A stretch of 32,000 nucleotides of DNA from Synechococcus sp. A15-24 (GTDB lineage Bacteria > Cyanobacteriota > Cyanobacteriia > PCC-6307 > Cyanobiaceae). This document shows positions 10,992 through 20,342 of the stretch, piece by piece. The position numbers and the translations under genes were made by a program. The notes below the pieces were generated by a model. The model was not told where the DNA came from and did no database searches. It saw only the letters and a list, made by a program, of their open reading frames with translations. The stretch's first letter is position 1, and the number at the start of each line of letters is the position of its first letter. The DNA lies in the NCBI RefSeq assembly GCF_014280195.1, contig NZ_CP047960.1, positions 2,100,001 through 2,132,000 on the forward strand, read 5' to 3'.

Positions 10992-12469
10992 CCGCCCTTG
11001 AGTTTCTGGCTCAGAATCTGATTGGCCAGCTTCGGATCGGCCTTGCCACCGGTCTTCTTCATCAGCTGACCCACAAAGAAGCCCTGCAATTTGTTTTTGC
11101 CGCCGCGGAAGGCCTCCACTTCCTCGGGGTGGGCCGCGAGCAATTCATCGACGATGGCTTCAATCGCTGCAGAGTCACTGATCATCCCTAAGCCGCGATC
11201 ATCAACGATCGCTTTGGGCGAGCCGCCCTTCTCCAGCAATTCGGGAAGGATCTCCTTGGCAATCTTGCCGCTGATCTTGCCGCCATCGATCAACTTGACC
11301 ATTTCGGCCAATTGATCAGGCCTGAACGGCAGCTCGGCGTAACTGAGTCGGTTGCTGTTCACGTAGGCGGCGATATCACCGGTGACCCAATTGGCGGAGA
11401 GTTTGGCGTCACCTCCGGCAGCCACCACTGCCTCGTAGTAGTCCGCCATCGGCCGTTCATCGGTGAGAACCCGAGCGTCGTACTGCGACAGGCCCAGGTC
11501 GTCGGCGTAGCGATGGCGCTTGGCCGCCGGCAGTTCCGGCAGCTCCGAGCGCCAGGCCTCGCGCTGATCGGCGCTCACCTCAATCGGGCCGAGGTCGGGA
11601 TCGGGGAAGTAGCGGTAATCGCTGGCACCCTCCTTACTGCGCATGCTCTTGGTGAGCTGCTTGCCCTCATCCCAGAGGCGGGTCTCCTGAAAAATCGTCT
11701 CGCCCGCCTCAATCGCCTTCACCTGACGTTTGATCTCGTAATCGCAGGCCTTCTGAATGGCCGAGAACGAGTTCATGTTCTTGATTTCCACCTTCGTGCC
11801 GAAGGGGGCATCCGGCCCTCGCCGCACCGAGATGTTGACGTCGCAGCGCAGGGATCCCTCCTGCATGTTGCCGTCACTCACACCCAGATAACGCATGATC
11901 CGACGGATTTCCGAGGCGTATTCAGCGGCCTCTCGACCGGTGCGGAGATCTGGCTTGCTGACTATCTCCGCTAGAGCCACACCAGCGCGGTTGTAGTCCA
12001 CCAGGGAATGAGTGGAGCCAGCCAATCGATCGCTGCCGGCATGGACCAACTTGCCGGCGTCTTCCTCCATGTGAAGCCGCTCGATGCCGATGGTCTTGAG
12101 ATAGGTGTCCTTGCCTTTTTCCGCGACTTCCACCTCGATCCAGCCCTCCTCTGCGATCGGCTCGTCGTACTGGGAGATCTGATAGTTCTTCGGCAAGTCA
12201 GGATAGAAGTACTGCTTGCGGTCGAACTTGCTGTGCTCAGCAATGTTGAGATTCAGAGCCATCGCCGCTTTCACGGCGTATTCGAGCACCTTCTGATTGA
12301 GCACTGGCAGCGTCCCGGGCAGACCACACACCACCGGATCGATGTGGGTGTTGGGGTCATCACCGAAAGCCGTGGAAGCAGCCGCGAAAATCTTGCTGTC
12401 TGTCCCCAGCTGCACGTGGGTTTCCAGGCCAATCACGGCTTCCCAAGCGGGTTCTGCTGCGGCCATCAC
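10988..12469 (-). CDS. gatB: Asp-tRNA(Asn)/Glu-tRNA(Gln) amidotransferase subunit B
   Basis: 493 aa with WEAVIGLETHVQL, LRCDVNISV and a C-terminal YqeY-like helical domain. The start is GTG 12469 or ATG 12466. The stop overlaps the P4H-like gene start (ATGA). Confidence 0.95.
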   Translation of the reverse strand: MMAAAEPAWEAVIGLETHVQLGTDSKIFAAASTAFGDDPNTHIDPVVCGLPGTLPVLNQKVLEYAVKAAMALNLNIAEHSKFDRKQYFYPDLPKNYQISQYDEPIAEEGWIEVEVAEKGKDTYLKTIGIERLHMEEDAGKLVHAGSDRLAGSTHSLVDYNRAGVALAEIVSKPDLRTGREAAEYASEIRRIMRYLGVSDGNMQEGSLRCDVNISVRRGPDAPFGTKVEIKNMNSFSAIQKACDYEIKRQVKAIEAGETIFQETRLWDEGKQLTKSMRSKEGASDYRYFPDPDLGPIEVSADQREAWRSELPELPAAKRHRYADDLGLSQYDARVLTDERPMADYYEAVVAAGGDAKLSANWVTGDIAAYVNSNRLSYAELPFRPDQLAEMVKLIDGGKISGKIAKEILPELLEKGGSPKAIVDDRGLGMISDSAAIEAIVDELLAAHPEEVEAFRGGKNKLQGFFVGQLMKKTGGKADPKLANQILSQKLKGG

Positions 12470-12546
12470 GGCAATACGTCGATCTTGGTGATCCTATGGA
12501 AGGGTGGGGGTTCTGAAACGCCTTTGTCGAGGCCATCAGCTCAGCC

Positions 12547-13668
12547 GTGAATGCCGTGAGTCAGACCGACCAGAAGCCAACTCTCATCATTGGTGGCGGC
12601 CTGATGGGATTGGCAGTAGCCCACCAGCTGGCCAGGCGCGGAACATCTGTTCGAGTGATCAGCCGCAAGCGCAGTGAGGCGGCCGGTTTTGTAGCGGCTG
12701 GGATGCTCGCTCCCCATGCGGAAGGGCTATCTGGAGCACTGCTGCAACTTGGCCAGGCCAGTCTGGAGCTGATCCCACGTTGGGTGGCCCAGATCGAAGT
12801 GGACAGCGGCCTGAGCTGTGGTCTCAGGGCCTGCGGCATCGTGGTCCCGTTCCGAAGCGTTGATCAACGGGACCAATACCCCACGTCCGGTTATGGAGTG
12901 GCCCTTGACCGCGACGAGCTGGAGCACGAACTACCCGGCATCGGCTCTAGCTGGACCTGCGGTCTGTTGTTCGAGCAAGACGGACAGATCGACAACCGCC
13001 GTCAGCTCATGCGCGCCCTTGAACGTGCCTGCGTCTCTCTAGATGTTCAATTTCTGGAGGGAAGCGATGTCAAAGAGATCCAAAGGGATACGTCTGGATT
13101 TCTGAAGGGCGTCGTGATGGAAAGCGCCGAAGGTGAGAGATGCCAGCTCTCTTGCCATCAAGCAGTGCTGGCCTGCGGCGCCTGGAGTCAGAAGTTGATG
13201 CCTGAATTACCCGTGTTCCCGATCAAAGGGCAGATGCTGTCGCTTCAAGGTCCACGGGAAGCGCTCAAGCGGGTGATCTTTGGCCCAGGCACCTATTTGG
13301 TACCGAGGGAGGATGGACTAGTGGTTGTTGGAGCCACGAGCGAACGAGATGCAGGTTTTCAAGAGGGGCTGACCCCCAATGGCCAGAAGCAGTTACAAGC
13401 TGGCCTTGAGTCGCTGTTGCCAGCAGCAGCCAGCTGGCCGCCAATGGAACGGTGGTGGGGATTCCGGCCCTGCACGCCTGATGAAGCCCCCCTGCTGGGC
13501 GAAAGCTCCATTCCAGGACTTTGGTTGACCTGCGGCCATCACCGCAATGGAGTGTTGCTTGCCGCAATCACAGCCCAGAAAATTGCCGAAGTCCTTTTTA
13601 GTGGCCAGAAAAGCTCAAAACTTCTGCACGATTTCCACTGGGATCGCTTTACCAAGGGGCGCCCATGA
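12547..13668 (+). CDS. thiO: FAD-dependent glycine oxidase (ThiO/DadA-type oxidoreductase)
   Basis: 373 aa with the N-terminal dinucleotide-binding fold LIIGGGLMGLAVAHQLARRG and a late GHHRNGVLLA motif typical of DAO-family/ThiO enzymes. GTG start at 12547 (alternative GTG at 12556). Confidence 0.8.
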   Translation: MNAVSQTDQKPTLIIGGGLMGLAVAHQLARRGTSVRVISRKRSEAAGFVAAGMLAPHAEGLSGALLQLGQASLELIPRWVAQIEVDSGLSCGLRACGIVVPFRSVDQRDQYPTSGYGVALDRDELEHELPGIGSSWTCGLLFEQDGQIDNRRQLMRALERACVSLDVQFLEGSDVKEIQRDTSGFLKGVVMESAEGERCQLSCHQAVLACGAWSQKLMPELPVFPIKGQMLSLQGPREALKRVIFGPGTYLVPREDGLVVVGATSERDAGFQEGLTPNGQKQLQAGLESLLPAAASWPPMERWWGFRPCTPDEAPLLGESSIPGLWLTCGHHRNGVLLAAITAQKIAEVLFSGQKSSKLLHDFHWDRFTKGRP

Positions 13669-14986
13669 GCTCAATGCCGGCCCAGAAGAAAGGGTTGGAC
13701 ACCCCATTACTGACGCGTCTTTGTTGAGACGACGTGAGTTGCGTCAACAGAGGCAGGCCTCCAACATCGAGGAGCTCATCACCGGAAAGCTTGATCAAAT
13801 TTCGTATAAACGCTTGGCGGGTCATCTGCATTGCCTCCGCCTTAGGAACTCCTTGTTCCAGAAACCGATACATTTGCACAAAATAAGCTGATGTCACCAC
13901 ATCATCGACATACCAGAGCGTGCCAATGGCGCTGCGCGCTCCAGCCTGAAGGGCCAAGCCGCTAAAACCCAATTCAGCGTCTGCGTCACCCAAGGCGGTT
14001 CGGCAAGCAGAGAACACAACCAGATCGAATGGAGCTCCCTTCCTCGTCTTTCTCAATGTTGAAAGCTGCTTCATTGACAGAGGCCCTGAGCCTGAATGCA
14101 ACTGGGATGCTTCGGGCCCACCCGGCTTGAATTCAGCATGGGTCGCAATATGCAACAGCCCATATTGAGATTCAGACGCCTTGGTCAGAAGAGTGTCTGG
14201 AGTAAAATCCTTGTTTAGAAACTGATCTTTTTTGTCGTCAACGGCAATACGACTGATCTCCTGCGGAACCAGCGGGAGTGATGCAAGACCTTCGAACTGA
14301 GAGGCACCCAAGGCCAAAATCTTACCCTGGGATTGAGACTTAGCCTCAAAATCAGTCAACGCTAGCGATGGAGTAATCGCAAATGCATAACGATCTCCGA
14401 GGAATTGCTCCCCGTCATGGAGCGCCGCGAATGGTACTGCCTGAAGTCCACGATCAGCAGCAATGAGCAATGTCGTGACCTTCTTGGCTTCAAGGACTGG
14501 CTTCAATTCACCAAAAATGAGGGAGTGAATCTGTCGAGAGGGCGACTCGGGTTTGTCCTCATTCAAAGACTCAAGCCTCGAAAGCTGCATGTACAACTGA
14601 CGCAACTGATCTCGAAAAACACTGGATGAAAGCTCGACGCGAAATCCCTCAACATCCCCACTAGAAGGAATCAATGTTATGTCGAGAAATGCATCAGAAT
14701 TAGCAGAAGACGTCCTGCCTTCCGCCTGAGTGAAACGCAAGTGGATCACCGCAGGATTGTATTTTTGAGGATCAAACCCAGGCAGCACTGACACTGACTG
14801 CGTCGACTCTGGATCAGGATTTGGATTAGCAAGGCCGTAAACAGATGTGAACAGCTCTGCTCCGAGAGCGCAGCATGCAAAGCCAAGGCACCCAATCCGG
14901 ATCAAATCAGATCTCAAAGTCGTGAATCTCCGCGGGTATACCAAACAGCCAGACAACTTTTGCAGGAGTCGGAATTGATCAATCAC
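13649..14986 (-). CDS. CHAT-domain (caspase-fold, clan CD) protease with N-terminal signal/anchor segment
   Basis: 445 aa. CHAT hallmarks are the His in LLHIATHAEF (His283, nt 14140..14138), the Cys in LVVFSACRTA (Cys328, TGC at 14005..14003), and the C-terminal NPFFWAGIELMG. A hydrophobic segment IGCLGFACCALGAELF covers aa 31-46. GTG at 14986..14984 is preceded by a perfect AGGAGG 6 nt upstream and shares 1 nt with the tpsA stop. Confidence 0.85.
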   Translation of the reverse strand: MIDQFRLLQKLSGCLVYPRRFTTLRSDLIRIGCLGFACCALGAELFTSVYGLANPNPDPESTQSVSVLPGFDPQKYNPAVIHLRFTQAEGRTSSANSDAFLDITLIPSSGDVEGFRVELSSSVFRDQLRQLYMQLSRLESLNEDKPESPSRQIHSLIFGELKPVLEAKKVTTLLIAADRGLQAVPFAALHDGEQFLGDRYAFAITPSLALTDFEAKSQSQGKILALGASQFEGLASLPLVPQEISRIAVDDKKDQFLNKDFTPDTLLTKASESQYGLLHIATHAEFKPGGPEASQLHSGSGPLSMKQLSTLRKTRKGAPFDLVVFSACRTALGDADAELGFSGLALQAGARSAIGTLWYVDDVVTSAYFVQMYRFLEQGVPKAEAMQMTRQAFIRNLIKLSGDELLDVGGLPLLTQLTSSQQRRVSNGVSNPFFWAGIELMGAPW

Positions 14987-17900
14987 TATTGACCTCCTGC
15001 GATTTGTTGTTGCAACTGTTGCAGAAAATTACTGATCTGCCCAGCCGATGGCGTACGGCGACCTGAAAGTTCAGGCAAGTTCAACGCACCTACAGCTCGA
15101 TCAGTCGCCGCACTGTCTCCTTCAGAAACGGCTGCCAAAGCCTGTGAGGAATCCACTCGTTTGACGTCTACAGCTGCGGATGGTGCCGATTCCTGGTCTC
15201 CAGATCCTCCCTGGTCACCGTCAGAGGTGCCTTCTCCATCTGCGTCAGATTCTGCCTCTGCTTCTCCTTCTCCTTCTCCTTCTCCTTCTGCTTCTCCTTC
15301 GGCTTCTCCTTCTCCTTCTCCTTCGGCTCCACCCTCTCCCTCCCCTTCAGCATCTGCTTCTGTATCAGCCTCGGCGTCTGCTTCATCGGCGCTGTCGTCG
15401 GTTCCACTTTCCTCAGTTGATGTGTCCTCCGAGGAATCAGTGGCAGCTGAGTCATCCGATGGATCAGCTGAGTCTGTTGTCTCGCCCGAAGCTTCTCCAC
15501 TTTCACCTGCAGCTGAGGTTTCGGATCCGGCTGCTGTATCGGCGCCAGAGGAGGCCTCTGAATTGGAAACATCAGGTGTAGAACTAGCAACTGTTGACTC
15601 TGACGTTGCACTAGCCACACCAACGGCGGAAGTCGCACTCGATGTTGTGCCAGAACCCTCAGAGCTCACTGCAGCGACCTGAAACGAGTCACCCAGAGAA
15701 AGATCCACTGACGTTCCCTCTGCAGAAAGACTGGGCGGAACAAGGGATGCTGCGACTGATTCAACTGTGTCACTCACATTCGACGAATCAGTCGAAGAAC
15801 TTGTTTCGGTCGTTGCGGCCACCACTGAAACCACCTCCGACGTTGCGGCGGTGGAAACAGAAGCATTAGGCGACGGAGTTGCAGCTGACGTTGACGTTTC
15901 AGGAGCTGCAGCAACATCCACGGGGGAAGTGGAAGCCGTGGACACAGTCGCTGCTGTTTCAACCACAGCAATCGCAGCCGTAATGGTTTCGACACTGCTT
16001 TCGGCTACCAAATCAGAAATGACCGCATCAGGCGTTACTTCACGCGGCGGCTCAGGCGTTAGTCCACCCAACAGCTCAGGCGTTAGTTCACGCGGCGGCT
16101 CAGGCGTTAGTTCACCCAACAGCTCAGGCGTTAGTTCACCCAACAGCTCAGGCGTTAGTTCACCCAACAGCTCAGGCGTTAGTTCACCCATCGGCTCAGG
16201 CGTTAGTTCACCCAACAGCTCAGGCGTTAGTTCACCCATCGGCTCAGGCGTTAGTTCACCCAACAGCTCAGGCGTTAGTTCACCCAACGGCTCAGGCGTT
16301 AGTTCACGCGGCGGCTCAGGCGTTAGTTCACGCGGCGGCTCAGGCGTCGGCTCAGGCGTCGGCTCAGGCTCAGGCTCAGGCTCCGGCTCAGGTTCCGGTT
16401 CCGGTTCCGGTTCCGGTTCAGGCTCAGGCTCAGGCTCAGGCTCCGGCTCTGGCTCAGGCTCCGGCTCCGGCTCTGGAGTGACCTCACAAACATTCGACGT
16501 GGCGCCATCAGCACAATTGGCTGACGTCGGTCCGGAGCCCTGGACGGCCAGTTCCCCTTCGTTAACGACGGTTGAACCGGTGTAAGTGTTGTCACCCGTA
16601 AACGTGAGTACACCGGAGCCAACCTTTGTGAAACCACCTTCGCCAGACATCACCCCTGAAAATGTTGTGTCGAGCTCATTGCCAGCGGTTAGCTGAAAAG
16701 TATTTAGAACAATCGATCCACCACCGGCGATGGAACCTACACGATCACTTGATCCCAGCTCATAAACAGAGCCTTCGCCAATCAAAACGTCCGTCTCATC
16801 ACTCAAACTTCCGCTCACAGACAGCAATCCGCCACTCACATTGCTCGCACCCGTGTACGTGTTCGCACCACTAAGCGTCAGCGTCCCGCTGCCGGTCTTC
16901 GTTAATCCACCTGTTCCCGAAATCACACCGCCAAATGTTGTATCCGTTCCCGATCCGCCAGCCGTCAGCTGATTTGCTCCCAAACTGATCGATCCACTCC
17001 CTGTAATCGATCCCACTTCTTCATCAGCACCAACCTCATAAGTTGCACCACTGGCAACAGATATGGCCGTCGCGCTACTTAAGCTACCACTGCTGGTTGT
17101 AGTCAACCTTCCACCGCTAATATTTGTGGCACCTGTGTATATATTTGCACCACTAAGCTTCAGCGTCCCGCTGCCGGTCTTCGTTAATCCACCTGTTCCC
17201 GAAATCACACCGCCAAATGTTGTATCCGTTCCCGATCCGCCAGCCGTCAGCTGATGTGCTCCCAAACTGATCGATCCACTCCCTGCAATCGATCCCACTT
17301 CTTCATCAGCACCAACCTCATAAGTCGCCCCTTCACTCACAGACACCGCGGTTCCATCACTCAAACTTCCGCTCACAGACAGCAATCCGCCACTCACATT
17401 GCTCGCACCCGTGTACGTGTTCGCACCACTAAGCTTCAGCGTCCCGCTGCCGGTCTTCGTTAATCCACCTGTTCCCGAAATCACACCGCCAAATGTTGTA
17501 TCCGTTCCCGATCCGCCAGCCGTCAGCTGATTTGCTCCCAAACTGATCGATCCACTCCCTGCAATCGATCCCACTTCTTCATCAGCACCAACCTCATAAG
17601 TCGCCCCTTCACTCACAGACACCGCGGTTCCATCACTCAAACTTCCGCTCACAGACAGCAATCCGCCACTCACATTGCTCGCACCCGTGTACGTGTTCGC
17701 ACCACTAAGCGTCAGCGTCCCGCTGCCGGTCTTCGTTAATCCACCTGTTCCCGAAATCACACCGCCAAATGTTGTATCCGTTCCCGATCCGCCAGCCGTC
17801 AGCTGATGTGCTCCCAAACTGATCGATCCACTCCCTGCAATCGATCCCACTTCTTCATCAGCACCAACCTCATAAGTCGCACCACTGGCAACAGATAGTG

Positions 17901-20277
17901 CCGTAGAGCTGCCAAGGCTTCCACTGCCACTTGTCTTCAACGTCCCGCCACTGATACTTGTAGATCCGGTGTAGGTGTGCACTTGATCAAAAGTCAGATC
18001 CCCTGCCCCAGACTTCACAAAAGATCCTTCTCCACTGATGATCTTCGAGTAAATGGCAGTGTCAGAGGCAGATACCAAATCAATTTCATAAGTTGCACCA
18101 GCAGCAACAGCTACAGCTGAAGACATGGCTGTGCCTACAGACTCCAACGTGCCTGCATTAACAGTGGTATCGCCTGTAAAACTTTTAACTCCAGTCAGGG
18201 AAAGCTTGCCAGTACCATTCTTCCTGAGTATGCCAGTGCCTGAAATTTGTCCAGAATATGTCGTGTTACTGGCCTGGAGAGCCTCTAGGCTGCTAGTCGT
18301 TGATATATTTCCTGAACCACTTAAGCCTCCACTTGAGTTTGCTCTAATATCAATAGTATTCGCGCTTAATTCTGCGTTGACTGCTACTCCACCATCTGAA
18401 TGAAGATTCAGAGCATTGCCGCCTGTAATTGCTTGGTCGACAACAATCGAATCTCCCGAATTAAGAGTTAAGGTATTAGAGCTTGGACTCAAAGTGATAG
18501 ACTGTTGAACTTTAATATCCCTAGACGCAGTCAACGAGACATTCGCGCTGCTTAAAGCCGATTCAATAGTTGAGGGTGTAATAACTGCATCTGTACTTGA
18601 ACCAGTAGCGTTTACTGTAGATACATCCAATCCGCTGGTGTTTGTTCGAGAGAAATACACTCCGGTCCCATCATCCGTTTCGGTTCCGCCTGGAGGTGTA
18701 TAACTCACTGTGATCTGATCGCGGCCACCGTTTTCCCCGAAATAAACTACTAAAGGGTAATACGAGTCTTGTGAAAGGCTAAATGTTGTCGTCGCCGATC
18801 TGTCTCGCGCACCATGAGTCCCACCATTGCTGACAAGTGCGTTAGATGTTGTGATGGTTGATTCGAATGAATCAACAGATTCTGTACTATCGGATCCTAT
18901 CCAAAGGTATGAAGCGTCATCACTTCTTGTTTTGAACGTGAATTGACCACTGGCTGGAGCCTTAAAGTAACCGACAAACCGAACGCTATAGGTATTATCA
19001 AAGTTGGCCCCAGGCGTAATGGTATTAATACTTGTAAACGGTGAAGCAAATCGTGAATCAGATTCAGTGGCAGCCGTGTCGAAGAATGATAAATCATCGG
19101 CAAAATATCCATCGTATTTTGTTCCAGTAAGGCCCGACGAAAACTCATATATATCAATTATAATATCCCTTGGATCTAAGAGCCACAAACCATTAATCCC
19201 TTTCTCAGCTATAGCGTCAATCTGAATACCATAGACGTCGAGCATAAAGCCCGATGTCTCTATGCGACCGCCATCACCTTGATCCCTTCCGCCTCTTGCC
19301 CTAAGCTCACCTGAGATCAGGGTTTGCGATTCGGAGTCAATGATATTACTCCACACCACAATTTCACCGCCATCGCCAACATCGCCAGCAGATGCATCCA
19401 GCACTGCGCCAGCTTCAATAACAGCGCGTTTGGCCTGCCGCACTGTTTCATCACTGTTCTGCCAACTGCCTCCCACTTCAATCGTTCCACCGCCACTGGC
19501 TTGCTCCGCCTTCAAGTGCGTGCCTTCGCCAACAACAACCTCGTCTCCGGTCAACGTCAGCCGTGATGTACTGGCGTCCCCATCACCAACATGGATCGTG
19601 CTTTCACGAACCTCCACCACACCTCCAGGTGCATCGGCGAACAGTTCACGGTCCATGCGGATGTCAATCCCATCCATCTGAATCACAGGAACCGAGCCAT
19701 CAGCTGCCAGGGCATCCAGTATTTCGATCCCACCGAACCCAAGCGAGCCAGGCAGCGGATCTCCCTTGAGCGCCGTTAGTTCAGAAGCCCGGGTCTTGAA
19801 CACATCAAACGTTCCCTCACCGAAACGCAACGATCGCGAGGTGCTCAGATTCAGCTTGGGAACATTGACGAATCCTGCACCTGCGCCGAGATGAATACCG
19901 CCTGGTGACAGCCAGAACAGATTTGCCTTTGAGGAAAGCTCAATCGATTTGTTGATAAAGGAACCCAGCGGTGAGGTCACACCCACCACCAGATTGCGCT
20001 TGCCACCGGTATCAATCTCAACCCCCTTGATCTTGCCGCGCGTGTCGAAATCCTTGAATCGCAGAAATTTGTTGCGTCCCGCCTTATTGCCACCGCTGAT
20101 TTTGCAGATCCCTTCGCTGCAGCTGCCGCCCTTCTTTCCGTTCACCTTGGTCGACAGACCCTTGCCACGACCAGCGCGAATCTCAGCCAGCGCCGATGTT
20201 TGATGCACGACGCCACTCATCCCCAGCAAGACACCGAGGGTGAAGCGAATCACCTTCTCAGGACCTGTATGTGCCAT
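14986..20277 (-). CDS. Two-partner-secretion (type Vb) exoprotein, TpsA / filamentous-haemagglutinin-like, ~1763 aa
   Basis: The ORF runs 14986..20352 from a TTG. The first ATG (20277) gives a Sec signal peptide, [34 protein letters not shown]-domain motifs are [18 protein letters not shown] (compare GxNLFHSFxxF) and [14 protein letters not shown] (compare NPNGI). These are followed by a PA14-like domain, autotransporter-type beta-strand repeats, (PE)19, 13 octapeptide repeats, and an S/T-rich and acidic tail. Confidence 0.9.
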   Translation of the reverse strand: MAHTGPEKVIRFTLGVLLGMSGVVHQTSALAEIRAGRGKGLSTKVNGKKGGSCSEGICKISGGNKAGRNKFLRFKDFDTRGKIKGVEIDTGGKRNLVVGVTSPLGSFINKSIELSSKANLFWLSPGGIHLGAGAGFVNVPKLNLSTSRSLRFGEGTFDVFKTRASELTALKGDPLPGSLGFGGIEILDALAADGSVPVIQMDGIDIRMDRELFADAPGGVVEVRESTIHVGDGDASTSRLTLTGDEVVVGEGTHLKAEQASGGGTIEVGGSWQNSDETVRQAKRAVIEAGAVLDASAGDVGDGGEIVVWSNIIDSESQTLISGELRARGGRDQGDGGRIETSGFMLDVYGIQIDAIAEKGINGLWLLDPRDIIIDIYEFSSGLTGTKYDGYFADDLSFFDTAATESDSRFASPFTSINTITPGANFDNTYSVRFVGYFKAPASGQFTFKTRSDDASYLWIGSDSTESVDSFESTITTSNALVSNGGTHGARDRSATTTFSLSQDSYYPLVVYFGENGGRDQITVSYTPPGGTETDDGTGVYFSRTNTSGLDVSTVNATGSSTDAVITPSTIESALSSANVSLTASRDIKVQQSITLSPSSNTLTLNSGDSIVVDQAITGGNALNLHSDGGVAVNAELSANTIDIRANSSGGLSGSGNISTTSSLEALQASNTTYSGQISGTGILRKNGTGKLSLTGVKSFTGDTTVNAGTLESVGTAMSSAVAVAAGATYEIDLVSASDTAIYSKIISGEGSFVKSGAGDLTFDQVHTYTGSTSISGGTLKTSGSGSLGSSTALSVASGATYEVGADEEVGSIAGSGSISLGAHQLTAGGSGTDTTFGGVISGTGGLTKTGSGTLTLSGANTYTGASNVSGGLLSVSGSLSDGTAVSVSEGATYEVGADEEVGSIAGSGSISLGANQLTAGGSGTDTTFGGVISGTGGLTKTGSGTLKLSGANTYTGASNVSGGLLSVSGSLSDGTAVSVSEGATYEVGADEEVGSIAGSGSISLGAHQLTAGGSGTDTTFGGVISGTGGLTKTGSGTLKLSGANIYTGATNISGGRLTTTSSGSLSSATAISVASGATYEVGADEEVGSITGSGSISLGANQLTAGGSGTDTTFGGVISGTGGLTKTGSGTLTLSGANTYTGASNVSGGLLSVSGSLSDETDVLIGEGSVYELGSSDRVGSIAGGGSIVLNTFQLTAGNELDTTFSGVMSGEGGFTKVGSGVLTFTGDNTYTGSTVVNEGELAVQGSGPTSANCADGATSNVCEVTPEPEPEPEPEPEPEPEPEPEPEPEPEPEPEPEPEPEPEPTPEPTPEPPRELTPEPPRELTPEPLGELTPELLGELTPEPMGELTPELLGELTPEPMGELTPELLGELTPELLGELTPELLGELTPEPPRELTPELLGGLTPEPPREVTPDAVISDLVAESSVETITAAIAVVETAATVSTASTSPVDVAAAPETSTSAATPSPNASVSTAATSEVVSVVAATTETSSSTDSSNVSDTVESVAASLVPPSLSAEGTSVDLSLGDSFQVAAVSSEGSGTTSSATSAVGVASATSESTVASSTPDVSNSEASSGADTAAGSETSAAGESGEASGETTDSADPSDDSAATDSSEDTSTEESGTDDSADEADAEADTEADAEGEGEGGAEGEGEGEAEGEAEGEGEGEGEAEAESDADGEGTSDGDQGGSGDQESAPSAAVDVKRVDSSQALAAVSEGDSAATDRAVGALNLPELSGRRTPSAGQISNFLQQLQQQIAGGQ
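14993..14998 (-). promoter_or_regulatory. Shine-Dalgarno AGGAGG for the CHAT gene, embedded in the last codons of tpsA
   Basis: The minus strand reads ...ATC GCA GGA GGT CAA TAG TG ATT.... That is AGGAGG, a 6-nt spacer (TCAATA), then GTG (14986..14984), which shares its G with the tpsA TAG stop. Confidence 0.6.
15187..16026 (-). repeat. Low-complexity Ser/Thr/Ala/Val-rich segment merging into an acidic Asp/Glu/Gly/Ala tract ([13 protein letters not shown]...)
   Basis: This covers aa 1443-1722 of the TpsA ORF. It has no hydrophobic core pattern. The acidic (G/A)E repeats lie at roughly 15229-15390. Confidence 0.85.
16027..16338 (-). repeat. 13 tandem 24-nt repeats encoding the octapeptide [PPR/LLG/PMG/PLG]ELTPE
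   Basis: The plus-strand unit is caggcgttagttcac(cc/gc)(aac/atc/ggc)(a/g)gct. The minus-strand protein reads PPRELTPE x2, [48 protein letters not shown] x3, [24 protein letters not shown]. Confidence 0.92.
16339..16476 (-). repeat. (Pro-Glu)19 dipeptide microsatellite followed by PTPEPTPE
   Basis: On the plus strand this is ggctc(a/c)gg(c/t)tc(a/c)gg... hexamers. It translates on the minus strand as PEPEPE... (aa 1293-1338). I verified the frame at 16474-16482 (VTP). Confidence 0.92.
16534..18255 (-). repeat. Array of ~7 autotransporter-associated beta-strand repeat (PATR-type) units in TpsA
   Basis: The unit recurs as [32 protein letters not shown] plus a spacer with ATYEVG...[18 protein letters not shown]...TTFGGVISG. 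It spans aa ~700-1273. The outer copies are degenerate. Confidence 0.8.
16726..17880 (-). repeat. Four near-identical tandem coding repeats, period 276 nt (92 aa), with one 282-nt unit (94 aa)
   Basis: The marker string ctaagc(g/t)tcagcgtcccgctgccggtcttcgttaatccacc recurs at 16871, 17153, 17429 and 17705. The aligned units differ by only a few bases over most of their length. Confidence 0.9.
18649..19140 (-). other. PA14/GLEYA-like (carbohydrate-binding type) domain inside TpsA
   Basis: This covers aa ~405-568: YDGYFADD...[32 protein letters not shown]...[26 protein letters not shown]. It follows the PA14 pattern (G-Y-F...tG.YtF...sDDg..L.i.g...Yp..v.y.e.gG.a...l.w). Confidence 0.7.
19420..20184 (-). 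other. TPS (haemagglutination-activity) secretion domain of TpsA
   Basis: This covers aa ~57-310 in ORF numbering. It contains [16 protein letters not shown] and [22 protein letters not shown], followed by beta-helix-like Gly/Asp-rich turns. The boundaries are approximate. Confidence 0.75.
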
Positions 20278-20342
20278 AGCTACTGCACTGCAACGGGGGT
20301 GGGCATGAGCAGCCCTATGGGGCGCTGAAAGGAAGGTCACGC

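Noticed and set aside
12470-12546. TPP riboswitch upstream of thiO
   Set aside because: The spacer is only 77 nt, and I could not find the conserved CUGAGA / ACCUGAUCUGGAUAAUGCCAGCG-type elements.
14900-14986. Twin-arginine (Tat) signal in the CHAT N-terminus (YPRRFTTL)
   Set aside because: The RR is followed by F at the x position rather than the consensus RRxFLK. About 10 polar residues separate it from the hydrophobic core. A Sec signal/anchor or a downstream TTG start explains the sequence equally well.
15161-16585. Plus-strand ORFs of 173 aa and 272 aa reading SPSPSAS... and [13 protein letters not shown]...GSGSGS
   Set aside because: They are mirror images of the minus-strand acidic, octapeptide and (PE)n repeats. 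The minus frame is continuous with the TPS domain and signal peptide 4 kb upstream, so the plus-strand frames are repeat artefacts.
16027-17880. Regular tandem repeats that could be mistaken for a CRISPR array
   Set aside because: The repeats are directly adjacent with no unique spacers. Periods of 6, 24 and 276/282 nt are all multiples of 3 and lie in frame within one long ORF. No cas genes are present.
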